This document shows, piece by piece, positions 9,724 through 18,858 of a DNA stretch of 51,258 nt. Source of the stretch: an uncultured Bacilli bacterium. GTDB lineage: Bacteria > Bacillota_I > Bacilli_A > RF39 > UBA660. The position numbers and the translations under genes are program-made. The notes under the pieces were generated by a model. The model was not told the DNA's origin. It saw only the letters and a program-made list of their open reading frames with translations, and made no database searches. The stretch covers positions 1 through 51,258 of the forward strand of contig CAKOKM010000002.1 in assembly GCA_934091015.1 (NCBI GenBank). The letters are read 5' to 3'. Each line of letters starts with the position of its first letter. Positions within the stretch are counted from its first letter, which is position 1.

Positions 9724-9784
9724 TATTATCCTCCATATCAATTTAATTATATTAAAGTAAAATAAAATTATGATATTTTTTTAA

Positions 9785-9850
9785 TTAACGAAACCAAGAA
9801 TATTTAATTATTTTAATTATTTTTAATATTTCAGTAAATACTAATCTCAT
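9785..9850 (-). CDS. possible 21-aa amphipathic peptide (MRLVFTEILKIIKIIKYSWFR)
   Basis: ATG lies 5 nt after GAAAGGAG. Not in the ORF track because it is too short. Confidence 0.3.
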   Translation of the reverse strand: MRLVFTEILKIIKIIKYSWFR

Positions 9851-9885
9851 TTTGACTCCTTTCTATAAAATTTTTTCTTTAATTA

Positions 9886-9942
9886 TTAAAGAAACACTAG
9901 GATTAATCTAGCTAATGTTTTTAGAAAATTTAAAAAACTCAT
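9886..9942 (-). CDS. possible 17-aa amphipathic peptide (MSFLNFLKTLARLILVFL)
   Basis: ATG lies 9 nt after GAAAGGAG. Not in the ORF track. Confidence 0.3.
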   Translation of the reverse strand: MSFLNFLKTLARLILVFL

Positions 9943-10131
9943 TAAAAATTTCTCCTTTCTTAATTATTTCACAAGTTCAACCCCTTATTTACCCTTCACT
10001 TATATATATAGACAAAAAAATTTCATTTTACTTGTTTTTTTTTAAAAATTTTTATTTTTATTGCTTTTTTAAAAAAGTAGTAAAAAAATAAAGTAATTTG
10101 AAAAATTTATCTCTATATATATAAGTAGAGG

Positions 10132-12126
10132 GTGGTAAATATAAAAAGATATATAATAAGACAAGAAGAAGAAAAAGATTGTGGGGCATCATGTTTAGCA
10201 TCAATAGTTAAATATTATAATGGATATGTTCCATTAGAAATAATTAGGAATGATACTTTAACAGATAATAATGGAACTAATTTTTATAATATTAAAATGG
10301 CTGCTATTAAATATGGTTTTGATGTTATGGGATATAATAATGAACAAATAATACCTCCTTATATTGTTCAAACTAGGATAAATGATTGTTATCACTTTAT
10401 GGTTGTATATAAAATAACAGATAAATATGTAATAGTTATGGATCCAGGTAAAGGAATTATAAAGTATTCTAAAAATGATTATAATAAAATATTTACGGGA
10501 TATATGTTAAAGTTAATTCCTGATGGTAAAATTGTTAAATATGATAAAAAGAATAGTTATTTATCTTTCTTAAAGAAATTAGTTAAGAATAATATTAAAA
10601 ATATTATAATTTGTTTTATATTAACTATTATAATTATTATATTAAATTTAAGTGAAACTTATTTAATTAAAGAAGTCTTAATATATAAAGTATTTATTAA
10701 AGAATTACTAATTATATTATTAATTAAATTAAGTGTTAATTGGTTTAAGAATAATATATTAATAAAAGTTAATAAGAAAATAAATATAGAATTAGTTAAT
10801 GATTATATATCTAAATATTTTAGACTCTCATATAAATATTTGTATTTAAAATCTTCAGGAGACATAATTAATAGAATTAAAGATTTAAATAAAATAAAGA
10901 ATTATCTTGTTAATGAGGTTGTTAATTTTAATTTAAATTTAATGATAATGTTAGTAGTTATTGTTATATTATTTATAATAAATTATAAGTTAACATTAGT
11001 TGTAGTTTTGTTATATGTTGTTACATTTATAGTGTGTAAGTATATTAATAAAAAAGTATTAAAAAAGTACAACGAATTAATATATTTAGATAATTTATAT
11101 ATGGATAATGTAAGTGAATATGTAAGTAAAATATTAACGATTAATTCTTTGAATATTAATAATTTCTTTATTAATAGGTTAAATGATAAATCTAAATTAG
11201 TAGGTAATTTTAATTTTAAAGTAGATAAGTTAAATAATTATTTAAATATTGTTTTAGAATTTGTAGAAATAGTAGTTATGATTATAATTTTAAGTTTATC
11301 ATATAAGAAGGGGTTAGATAATATAATCATTTATTTTCTTTATTATAATTATTTTAAAGAAAGTGTTTATTATTTTATAACTATTAATGCTTCTTTTAAT
11401 TATATAAAGTTAGTTATTGATAAGATTAATGGTGTTTATTATTTAAAAGATTATGATAAAAATAAAGGGATAGAGTTTAAAAATGATGATATTATAATTA
11501 ATAATTTAAGTTATTCTTATGGATTAAATAAAGTATTTGATAAGATAAATTATAAAATTAAGGTTGGTAGTAAAGTACTAATTAAAGGTAATAATGGTAG
11601 TGGGAAGAGTACCTTAATTAATATATTAACTAAGAATATTGATGATTATGATGGTGAAGTATTTATTGGAAGTAATATTAAAGATATTAATTATAATAGT
11701 TATTTAGAACATATTTCTTATGTTAATCAACATAGTGAATTATTTGAAGATAGTATAGTTAATAATATTGTTTTAAATAATGAGATAGATAATAATAAGT
11801 TAAATAAAATAGTTAATATACTTGGTTTAGATGATGTCATTAAAAGAAAAGAAAAAAGGATAAATACATTAATTAAAGATAATTTTAGTGGTGGTGAGAA
11901 ACAAAAAATAATTATTGCTAGATGTTTATATAAATGTTCTGATATTATGATATTTGATGAAGCTTTTTCAGAAATAGCATCTGTTGATAGAAATAATATA
12001 ATTAATAAAATTAATGACGTTTATAGAGATAAAACAATTATTTATGTTAATCATTTTAATGATGATATTAAATATGATCAAATCTTGAAGATAAATAATA
12101 CTAGAAAGGATAAAGTAGATGAGTGA
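10132..12126 (+). CDS. bacteriocin ABC exporter with N-terminal C39 peptidase domain
   Basis: C39 catalytic Cys context (EEEKDCGASCLASIVKYYNG), a membrane domain, Walker A GNNGSGKST, signature FSGGEKQK and Walker B IMIFDEA. Confidence 0.9.
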   Translation: MVNIKRYIIRQEEEKDCGASCLASIVKYYNGYVPLEIIRNDTLTDNNGTNFYNIKMAAIKYGFDVMGYNNEQIIPPYIVQTRINDCYHFMVVYKITDKYVIVMDPGKGIIKYSKNDYNKIFTGYMLKLIPDGKIVKYDKKNSYLSFLKKLVKNNIKNIIICFILTIIIIILNLSETYLIKEVLIYKVFIKELLIILLIKLSVNWFKNNILIKVNKKINIELVNDYISKYFRLSYKYLYLKSSGDIINRIKDLNKIKNYLVNEVVNFNLNLMIMLVVIVILFIINYKLTLVVVLLYVVTFIVCKYINKKVLKKYNELIYLDNLYMDNVSEYVSKILTINSLNINNFFINRLNDKSKLVGNFNFKVDKLNNYLNIVLEFVEIVVMIIILSLSYKKGLDNIIIYFLYYNYFKESVYYFITINASFNYIKLVIDKINGVYYLKDYDKNKGIEFKNDDIIINNLSYSYGLNKVFDKINYKIKVGSKVLIKGNNGSGKSTLINILTKNIDDYDGEVFIGSNIKDINYNSYLEHISYVNQHSELFEDSIVNNIVLNNEIDNNKLNKIVNILGLDDVIKRKEKRINTLIKDNFSGGEKQKIIIARCLYKCSDIMIFDEAFSEIASVDRNNIINKINDVYRDKTIIYVNHFNDDIKYDQILKINNTRKDKVDE

Positions 12127-12250
12127 TAGTAAGTTATATAGTATAAGTGGTGGAAAAGCAAAGTATTCTATCTTTGCAATTGTTGGTGGATTAATTACTT
12201 TCTTAATTGGGGTTGTTGATGGGTTCATTCGTCCTACAAAGTGTAATTAA
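12119..12250 (+). CDS. double-glycine-leader bacteriocin precursor, peptide 1 (43 aa)
   Basis: MSDSKLYSISGG|KAKYSIFAIVGGLITFLIGVVDGFIRPTKCN. RBS AAAGGA. The ATG overlaps the exporter stop codon. The mature part has a GxxxG motif. Confidence 0.7.
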   Translation: MSDSKLYSISGGKAKYSIFAIVGGLITFLIGVVDGFIRPTKCN

Positions 12251-12399
12251 TGAATAATTATGAATTAAATAAAATAGTGGGTGGACAAATTAATGGTTCA
12301 ATATTAAATGCCTTATCAAGATTTATTACTACTTTGTTTGAACTTGGTAGATCTGTTGGCAGTAGTTTGCGTCGAGTAACTAATAAAAATATGTGCTAA
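12250..12399 (+). CDS. double-glycine-leader bacteriocin precursor, peptide 2 (49 aa)
   Basis: MNNYELNKIVGG|QINGSILNALSRFITTLFELGRSVGSSLRRVTNKNMC. TAATG overlap with peptide 1. GxxxG motif (GRSVG). Confidence 0.7.
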   Translation: MNNYELNKIVGGQINGSILNALSRFITTLFELGRSVGSSLRRVTNKNMC

Positions 12400-12448
12400 C
12401 GTTCACAAAAAGGATAATATTTGATATAATTTTGGTAGAGGTATTATA

Positions 12449-13531
12449 GTGAATAATAGTATAAAAAAGATATTAAATAAATTAGAAAAAAATGGATTTG
12501 AAGCATATGTTGTAGGAGGTTATGTTAGGGATTATTTACTTAATATAACTTCTTATGATGTTGACATATGTACAAATGCTTTACCTAAAGATATAATTAA
12601 AGTTTTTAAGATTAAAAAGGGTGTTAGTAATTATGGATCTATTGGTTTTAAAATAGGTAAATATAATTATGATATAACTACTTATAGAGAAGATGGGGAA
12701 TATAATAATCATAAGCCTAAAAGTATTAAGTATGTTGATAATTTATTAATAGATTTAAAAAGAAGAGATTTTAGAATTAATTCAATATGTATGAATAATG
12801 AAGGAAAAATATTTGATTATTTAAATGGGAAAGAAGATATTCATAATAAGTTAATTAAAACTATTGGAAGTACAGATGTTAGACTAAATGAAGATCCGGT
12901 TAGAATACTTAGAGCTATTAGATTCGCTATTATATTAGATTTTAATTTAGATGAAGAAATAGTTAGTTTTATTAAAAATAATAAAGATTTATTAAAGAGT
13001 ATAAGTTATACAAGAAAAAAACAAGAGTTAGAAAAAATACTTACATCTAAAAATGCAGTTAAAGGATTAAATTATTTAAAAGAATTAGAATTATTAGATG
13101 AATTAGAAATAAAATATGATAAAATAGTTAATGTTTCTGATATATTAGGAATGTGGGCTCAAATGGAGTTTAGTTTAAAATATCAGTTTACAAAACAATC
13201 TTTAACAATTATTAATCAAATTAAAGAAATAGTTAATTATGGAAAGATTGATTGTTATGTATTACTAAAATATGGATTATATGTTAGTTTAGTTGCAGGA
13301 GAAATATTAGGTTATAGTAGAGAAGATATTAATAAAATGGATAAGCAAATGCCTATTCATAAAATGAGTGATGTTAAAATTAATAATAATGATATAATGA
13401 ATTTATTAAATATTGAGGGTTCTCCTAAACTTAAAACTATTTATGATGATATTGTAGATGAAGTACTTAAAGGAAAAGTTAAGAATAATAAAAGAGATAT
13501 TAAGAAATATATTATTAAAAGATGGATGTGA
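12449..13531 (+). CDS. cca: CCA-adding enzyme / tRNA nucleotidyltransferase family
   Basis: N-terminal VVGGYVRD...DVDI nucleotidyltransferase motif and RDFRINS. Confidence 0.8.
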   Translation: MNNSIKKILNKLEKNGFEAYVVGGYVRDYLLNITSYDVDICTNALPKDIIKVFKIKKGVSNYGSIGFKIGKYNYDITTYREDGEYNNHKPKSIKYVDNLLIDLKRRDFRINSICMNNEGKIFDYLNGKEDIHNKLIKTIGSTDVRLNEDPVRILRAIRFAIILDFNLDEEIVSFIKNNKDLLKSISYTRKKQELEKILTSKNAVKGLNYLKELELLDELEIKYDKIVNVSDILGMWAQMEFSLKYQFTKQSLTIINQIKEIVNYGKIDCYVLLKYGLYVSLVAGEILGYSREDINKMDKQMPIHKMSDVKINNNDIMNLLNIEGSPKLKTIYDDIVDEVLKGKVKNNKRDIKKYIIKRWM

Positions 13532-13538
13532 TATTTAA

Positions 13539-14177
13539 ATGAATAGTAGTTTTTTAGAACAATATGTTAAATCTAAAGATTATATTTTAAGAAAAGAACT
13601 ATTTCCGATAATATGGGAATATAAACTTAACTTAGAAGAAGTACTTTTATTAATATATTTTATGAATGAGGATATACCTACTTTTGATGTTGAACATATT
13701 AATAAAATTACAATGATTAGTGTTAATAAAATATTAGATTCTTTTACTAGTTTAACTAATAAAGGGTTAATATCTATTGATGTTATTAAAGAAAGTAGTG
13801 GAGTTAAAGAGGTTGTTAATCTTGATTCTATTTATAAATGTATGGTTGATGGTTTAATGAAAAATAATAAAAAAGTAGTGAATAATAATATATTTGAAAA
13901 ATTTGAAAAGGAATTTTCAAGAACTTTATCTCCTATGGAGTATGAAATAATTAATGATTGGTTAGATAAAAATATTAGTGAAGATTTGATATTAGGGGCA
14001 TTAAAAGAAGCAACTTATAATGGAGTAAATAATTTAAGGTATATAGATAAAATAATTTATGAATGGACAAAAAAGGGATTTAAAAATATGGAGGATGTAA
14101 GTAATCATTTAAGAAACAGAAGTACTTCTGATAAAAGTGTTAAAGAAATAAGTGATTATAATTGGTTAGATGAATAA
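13539..14177 (+). CDS. dnaD: DnaD-domain replication initiation protein
   Basis: C-terminal DnaD/DnaB_2-like block (LSPMEYEIINDWL...YIDKIIYEWTKKG). dnaD-nth synteny as in Bacillus. Confidence 0.75.
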   Translation: MNSSFLEQYVKSKDYILRKELFPIIWEYKLNLEEVLLLIYFMNEDIPTFDVEHINKITMISVNKILDSFTSLTNKGLISIDVIKESSGVKEVVNLDSIYKCMVDGLMKNNKKVVNNNIFEKFEKEFSRTLSPMEYEIINDWLDKNISEDLILGALKEATYNGVNNLRYIDKIIYEWTKKGFKNMEDVSNHLRNRSTSDKSVKEISDYNWLDE

Positions 14178-14787
14178 GGAAGTTTATGATATTTTAGATT
14201 ATTATATACCTGATCCGAAGTGTGAGCTTGATTATAATAGTCCATTTGAGTTATTAGTATCAACTATTTTAAGTGCACAATGTACTGATAAAAGAGTTAA
14301 TGTTGTTACAAAAGATTTATTTAGTAAATATGATATTAATAGTCTTGCTAAGGTGGATAAGAAAGAAATAGAAAGTATTATTAGATCGTGTGGTTCTTAT
14401 AGTAAAAAAAGTGATTATATAATTACTGTTAGTAAAAGATTATTAAATGATTATAATGGAGTGGTTCCGAATAATAGAAAATATTTAGAATCATTACCGG
14501 GAGTTGGTAGAAAGACTACTAATGTAGTTCTTAAGAATATTTATAATGAGCCGAGTATTCCAGTAGATACGCATGTGGAAAGGGTATCTAAAAGACTTGG
14601 TTTTGCTAAAATGAATGATTCGGTTAGTATCATTGAAAAGAAGCTTATGAAAAAGATTCCTAAAGAAAAGTGGAATAGAGTTAGTGAACAAATTCTTTTA
14701 TTTGGTAGATATTATTGTAAGAGTATTAATCCAAGTTGTGATGGATGTAAATTTAAAAATATTTGTAAGTATAAGAAAAACAGTTAG
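14170..14787 (+). CDS. nth: endonuclease III
   Basis: HhH-GPD motif LPGVGRKTTNVV, DTHVERV, and a C-terminal 4-Cys cluster (CKSINPSCDGCKFKNIC). Confidence 0.9.
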   Translation: MNKEVYDILDYYIPDPKCELDYNSPFELLVSTILSAQCTDKRVNVVTKDLFSKYDINSLAKVDKKEIESIIRSCGSYSKKSDYIITVSKRLLNDYNGVVPNNRKYLESLPGVGRKTTNVVLKNIYNEPSIPVDTHVERVSKRLGFAKMNDSVSIIEKKLMKKIPKEKWNRVSEQILLFGRYYCKSINPSCDGCKFKNICKYKKNS

Positions 14788-14806
14788 AAATTTATCTAAC
14801 TGTTTT

Positions 14807-17584
14807 TTAGCATCCAGCTTTTAATGTTCTTTGGACTGTTTTACTTGATTTTCCATTATATGTTGCCTTATGAGATAAAATATAACTTGTAGTACAATCC
14901 ATTGAAGTGACATTACACTCTTCACCAGTTAATTCTTGAGTACAAGTAGTTGTAAATGATGCTTTATCACTAATATCATTATTATTTGAATGAACTTTTA
15001 ATGGTTTATTATTTTTAATGAAGTTATAATATTCAGCTACTGTCATACTTGATGCACCATTAAGTTCAACTGAAATATTTTCCTCTGGATTATCATTTAC
15101 AGCATTAATAGTAACTGTTATTGGATCTGATGCATTACTTTTAAAGATTGAATACGCTGATTTTACCATAAATGTTGTATTATTAGTAATTGTACCGGTG
15201 TATGTATAAGTTGTGTTAGTAGAGAAGGCTACATAATTGTAACCACTACCATTATTTACATATATATCATAACCAAAGTTGCCAATATTTGCTGCATTAT
15301 ATTCTTTACGTTTACCTAAATATTTTTCTGCCCATACTCCATAGTTTTCTTTAAAGTAATTATCTAAGAATGTATCACTTACAGCATCAGGAGTATTTAT
15401 GCCATTCCATGTTAATGTTACTATATTAGTTCCAGAAACATAATCGGCTTTAATATTTGTTGGAGCAGATAATTTACTAAATCTTGTTGATTCTGTATCA
15501 GGAACTGTTCCTTCTTTGAAATATTCAACACTCTTTAGATTGTCAGGTGTATATTCACTTGCTAATTGAATTGGATTTGTTTCTAATTCAATTGTTGCAG
15601 TAACAACTGATGCTGGTTTAGTAAATATTTTATTAGTACTATTAATTTTAGATGTTAATTCTCTTACAATAGCTTTTTTGACGGTGTTTGCTGCTGATGA
15701 TGTAAGACATGTGTTTCCTTTATTTTCATCATATCCAACCCATACTGCGTATGAATATTGTGGAGTATATGTTACTTGCCATGAATCACCGATAATATCT
15801 CCTTTAACTGTACATCCTTTTTTGGTAGCTGCTGGAATTGTTGATGTACCTGTTTTACTTGCTACTTCAGTGCCACTTTTTGATCCTGCTGATACTTCGC
15901 CACTTTTAACTGCATAAGTTAATATTGCGTTAATCATATAAGCTGTTGAATCACTCATAACTGTTCTTTTTTCGGGTGTTACAGTATAAATTTCGCCAGT
16001 ATCTAAAAATTCAATTTCGGTAAATGAATATGGTTCTATATAAACGCCACCTCTTGCAAATGTGGCATAAGCCGCTGACATTTGTAGTGGGTTAACTCCG
16101 TTAAATCCACCGATACTATGGGCTTCATTAATATATCCGTTTTCGTATTCTGGTGTAATTCCTAAACCAGTTACGAATGTTTTGAGTTGATTTTGAGATA
16201 ATTGTTGAAATGCATATAAGGCAGGAATATTTCTTGAAGATGCTAGAGCAGTTTTAATAGTCATTATACCTTTATATCGATTATCCCAGTTTTTAATATA
16301 TCCGCCATTACTATAAGTATATTCATCATCAACAACCATTTGACCAGTACTCCAATTTAGATATTCGATTGCTGGACCGTAGTCAAAAATTGGTTTAGCA
16401 GATGATCCTGGATGACGTTTAATCATTGTAGCATAGTTATAATTTCTTTCATCATTTTTACGATTGGCACCAACTGCGACAATTGCTCCTGTGTTAACAT
16501 CAGTAACAGCAACACCAGCTCTAATATATTCGTTAGGCCATTTTAAATTTTTATTTGTTCCAGCATATAAATCATTTAAGACGTCTTGTTTTGATTGAAT
16601 CATAGTTGATTTAATTTTCATTGGAACTATGTATGGGTTTTTACCAGTTCTTTTAATTACTTCTTCAACAACAGTATTAATAAATCCGATATTTTTGTTA
16701 TTAGATCTACTACCGTTATAAATCATATCTTTAACTTTAATTGATTTTGCAATTTCACATTCTTCGTCATTAATGTAACCATGACGTTTCATTAAATTTA
16801 ATACTTGATTTCTTCTGGCTTCAGCCTTTTCAGGATAATTTATTGGGTTATAAGCAGATGGTGCTTGAAATAATCCAACAAGTAGAGCGGCTTCAGCTAA
16901 ATTAACTTCACTAATTGATTTATTAAAGTAAGTTTGGGCAGCTTGTTCAATACCGAAAGCACTACTTCCTAAATCAGGAATATTTACATAAAATTCAATT
17001 AATTGTTCTTTTGTATAAGTTTTTTCTAATTTAAATACAGACATATACATATCGGTAAATTTACGAACTAATCCTTTAATACCACTTGATTCATAACCAC
17101 TATATCTTTGTTTAGCAATTTGCATTGTTAGAGTGGAAGCACCTCCGGCACCACTTTGTCCTAAAACTTGACCAATAGATGCTTTTATAAATCTGGCTAA
17201 GTCAACACCGTGATGTTGAAAGAATCTTGAATCTTCAGTAGCTACTAGAGCATCAACAAATACCTCGGGTAATTCATCATAAGTAACTCTTTGTCTATTT
17301 TCAGTTCCAAGTCTAGCTATTTCGTTATTTTCAGAATCATAGACTATTGATGCTTCTTTAGTGTATAAATTATTGGCATCGAAATCAGGAGCTGATATTA
17401 CAATATAGATAGCAAACGCGAATCCGAGAATAAATATCGATACTAATATAAGCATAATAATTATTAGAATTTTTTCTCCTAAATTACCTTTTTTAAATCT
17501 TCTTTTAAAAGCACTTAAATTACCTTTATCATTAGATTTAACATTTGTTTTTTTAGTTCTTTTCTTTATTTTAATCTTTTTCAT
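14807..17584 (-). CDS. ponA: class A penicillin-binding protein (PBP1A) with long C-terminal extension
   Basis: Glycosyltransferase motif EDSRFFQHHGVD and transpeptidase SSAKP. recU lies immediately upstream, as in Bacillus. Confidence 0.9.
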   Translation of the reverse strand: MKKIKIKKRTKKTNVKSNDKGNLSAFKRRFKKGNLGEKILIIIMLILVSIFILGFAFAIYIVISAPDFDANNLYTKEASIVYDSENNEIARLGTENRQRVTYDELPEVFVDALVATEDSRFFQHHGVDLARFIKASIGQVLGQSGAGGASTLTMQIAKQRYSGYESSGIKGLVRKFTDMYMSVFKLEKTYTKEQLIEFYVNIPDLGSSAFGIEQAAQTYFNKSISEVNLAEAALLVGLFQAPSAYNPINYPEKAEARRNQVLNLMKRHGYINDEECEIAKSIKVKDMIYNGSRSNNKNIGFINTVVEEVIKRTGKNPYIVPMKIKSTMIQSKQDVLNDLYAGTNKNLKWPNEYIRAGVAVTDVNTGAIVAVGANRKNDERNYNYATMIKRHPGSSAKPIFDYGPAIEYLNWSTGQMVVDDEYTYSNGGYIKNWDNRYKGIMTIKTALASSRNIPALYAFQQLSQNQLKTFVTGLGITPEYENGYINEAHSIGGFNGVNPLQMSAAYATFARGGVYIEPYSFTEIEFLDTGEIYTVTPEKRTVMSDSTAYMINAILTYAVKSGEVSAGSKSGTEVASKTGTSTIPAATKKGCTVKGDIIGDSWQVTYTPQYSYAVWVGYDENKGNTCLTSSAANTVKKAIVRELTSKINSTNKIFTKPASVVTATIELETNPIQLASEYTPDNLKSVEYFKEGTVPDTESTRFSKLSAPTNIKADYVSGTNIVTLTWNGINTPDAVSDTFLDNYFKENYGVWAEKYLGKRKEYNAANIGNFGYDIYVNNGSGYNYVAFSTNTTYTYTGTITNNTTFMVKSAYSIFKSNASDPITVTINAVNDNPEENISVELNGASSMTVAEYYNFIKNNKPLKVHSNNNDISDKASFTTTCTQELTGEECNVTSMDCTTSYILSHKATYNGKSSKTVQRTLKAGC

Positions 17585-18144
17585 TTTCTTTCTCCTTTAA
17601 AATAAACATTATCAAGTGTGTTAATATAATTTAATATTGGATTATAACTATATTCAATTTGATAACCTTTTTCTTCTATATAAGAGTAGGGAATACTTTT
17701 TTTATTATTATTTTCAATAAAATTAATAATATCTTCTCCTTTAAGTAAAAATACTTTATTTTGAATATCTATAAGTAAGAATGTAATACCTTCATGTTTA
17801 ATTATCGTCTTCATATGTTTTAATTGATGAGGATGAATATTAGATAAAGGAAAAGAATTTATATTAAGAGTTTTTTTTGCATCAAAATCAATATATTTTC
17901 CTTTATATAAACCAACATAATCTAAAGTAGATTTTTGATTTAAATATCCTTCAACTTTAGGTATATCATTAGTATATGTTACTTTCTTTATTTTAACAGG
18001 GGTAGGTTTCTTATAAATAACAGCAATGTCTTCATTTAAATAATAGTCATTTGCTTCATTAATAAGAGTTTCTAAATCCATTCCTCTATTGGCAAAAGAT
18101 ATATTTTTTTTTACTTTCTTTTTAATATTATTTGGATATAACAA
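17581..18144 (-). CDS. recU: Holliday junction resolvase RecU
   Basis: Size and recU-ponA operon arrangement fit. It overlaps the ponA start by 4 nt. Confidence 0.8.
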   Translation of the reverse strand: MLYPNNIKKKVKKNISFANRGMDLETLINEANDYYLNEDIAVIYKKPTPVKIKKVTYTNDIPKVEGYLNQKSTLDYVGLYKGKYIDFDAKKTLNINSFPLSNIHPHQLKHMKTIIKHEGITFLLIDIQNKVFLLKGEDIINFIENNNKKSIPYSYIEEKGYQIEYSYNPILNYINTLDNVYFKGERK

Positions 18145-18272
18145 TACGTATCACCCATTAATAATTATACTTTAGGTTTAAATTTTTTTCTACAAGTTTG
18201 CAATTTTTTAACATCTTTATTATAATTAAAGTGTAAACTAAGAGTTTATTTGATTGAATTGAGGAAAATTAT

Positions 18273-18857
18273 ATGAAAATTGAAACAAGTAATTTAGAAG
18301 TTATTGCAATAAGAACAAGTCAGTATCCAACTGATAATAAACCTGAATTTTTATTAGTAGGAAGATCTAACGTTGGTAAGAGTAGTTTTATTAACACTAT
18401 GATTGGTAGAAAAAACTATGCTAAAACTAGCGCTACTCCTGGTAAAACTCAAACTTTAAATTTTTATTTATGTAATAATTCATTTTATTTAGTTGATGTT
18501 CCGGGATATGGTTATGCAAGTGTAAGTAAAGCAACTCAAAAGAAGTTTGGTTTAATGATTGAAGAATATTTAAAGACTAGAAGTAATTTAAAGAATGTTT
18601 TTATGATAATTGATGGCAGAAATAAACCAACTGAAAATGATGTATTAATGTATAATTATTTAAAATATTACAATATACCAGTAACTATTATCGCTAATAA
18701 ATATGATAAAATAAGTGCTAATAATAGAGATAAAACTTTAAAAAATATTACTAATATATTAAATCTTAATGAAGATGATAAAATAATTTATTTTTCTTCA
18801 ATAAATAAAAAGGGAAGAGACGAAGTAGGCAAAGTTATTGCTGAATATTTAAAGTAA
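18273..18857 (+). CDS. engB: ribosome biogenesis GTPase EngB/YsxC
   Basis: G1 GRSNVGKSS, G3 DVPGYG, G4 NKYDK. Confidence 0.9.
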   Translation: MKIETSNLEVIAIRTSQYPTDNKPEFLLVGRSNVGKSSFINTMIGRKNYAKTSATPGKTQTLNFYLCNNSFYLVDVPGYGYASVSKATQKKFGLMIEEYLKTRSNLKNVFMIIDGRNKPTENDVLMYNYLKYYNIPVTIIANKYDKISANNRDKTLKNITNILNLNEDDKIIYFSSINKKGRDEVGKVIAEYLK

Positions 18858-18858
18858 A

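Noticed and set aside
10009-10126. Inverted TA-rich repeats ACTTATATATATAG and CTATATATATAAGT upstream of the exporter, considered as a regulatory site.
   Set aside because: These are low-complexity (TA)n sequences in an extremely AT-rich intergenic region, so a chance inverted match is likely. I did not promote them to a finding.
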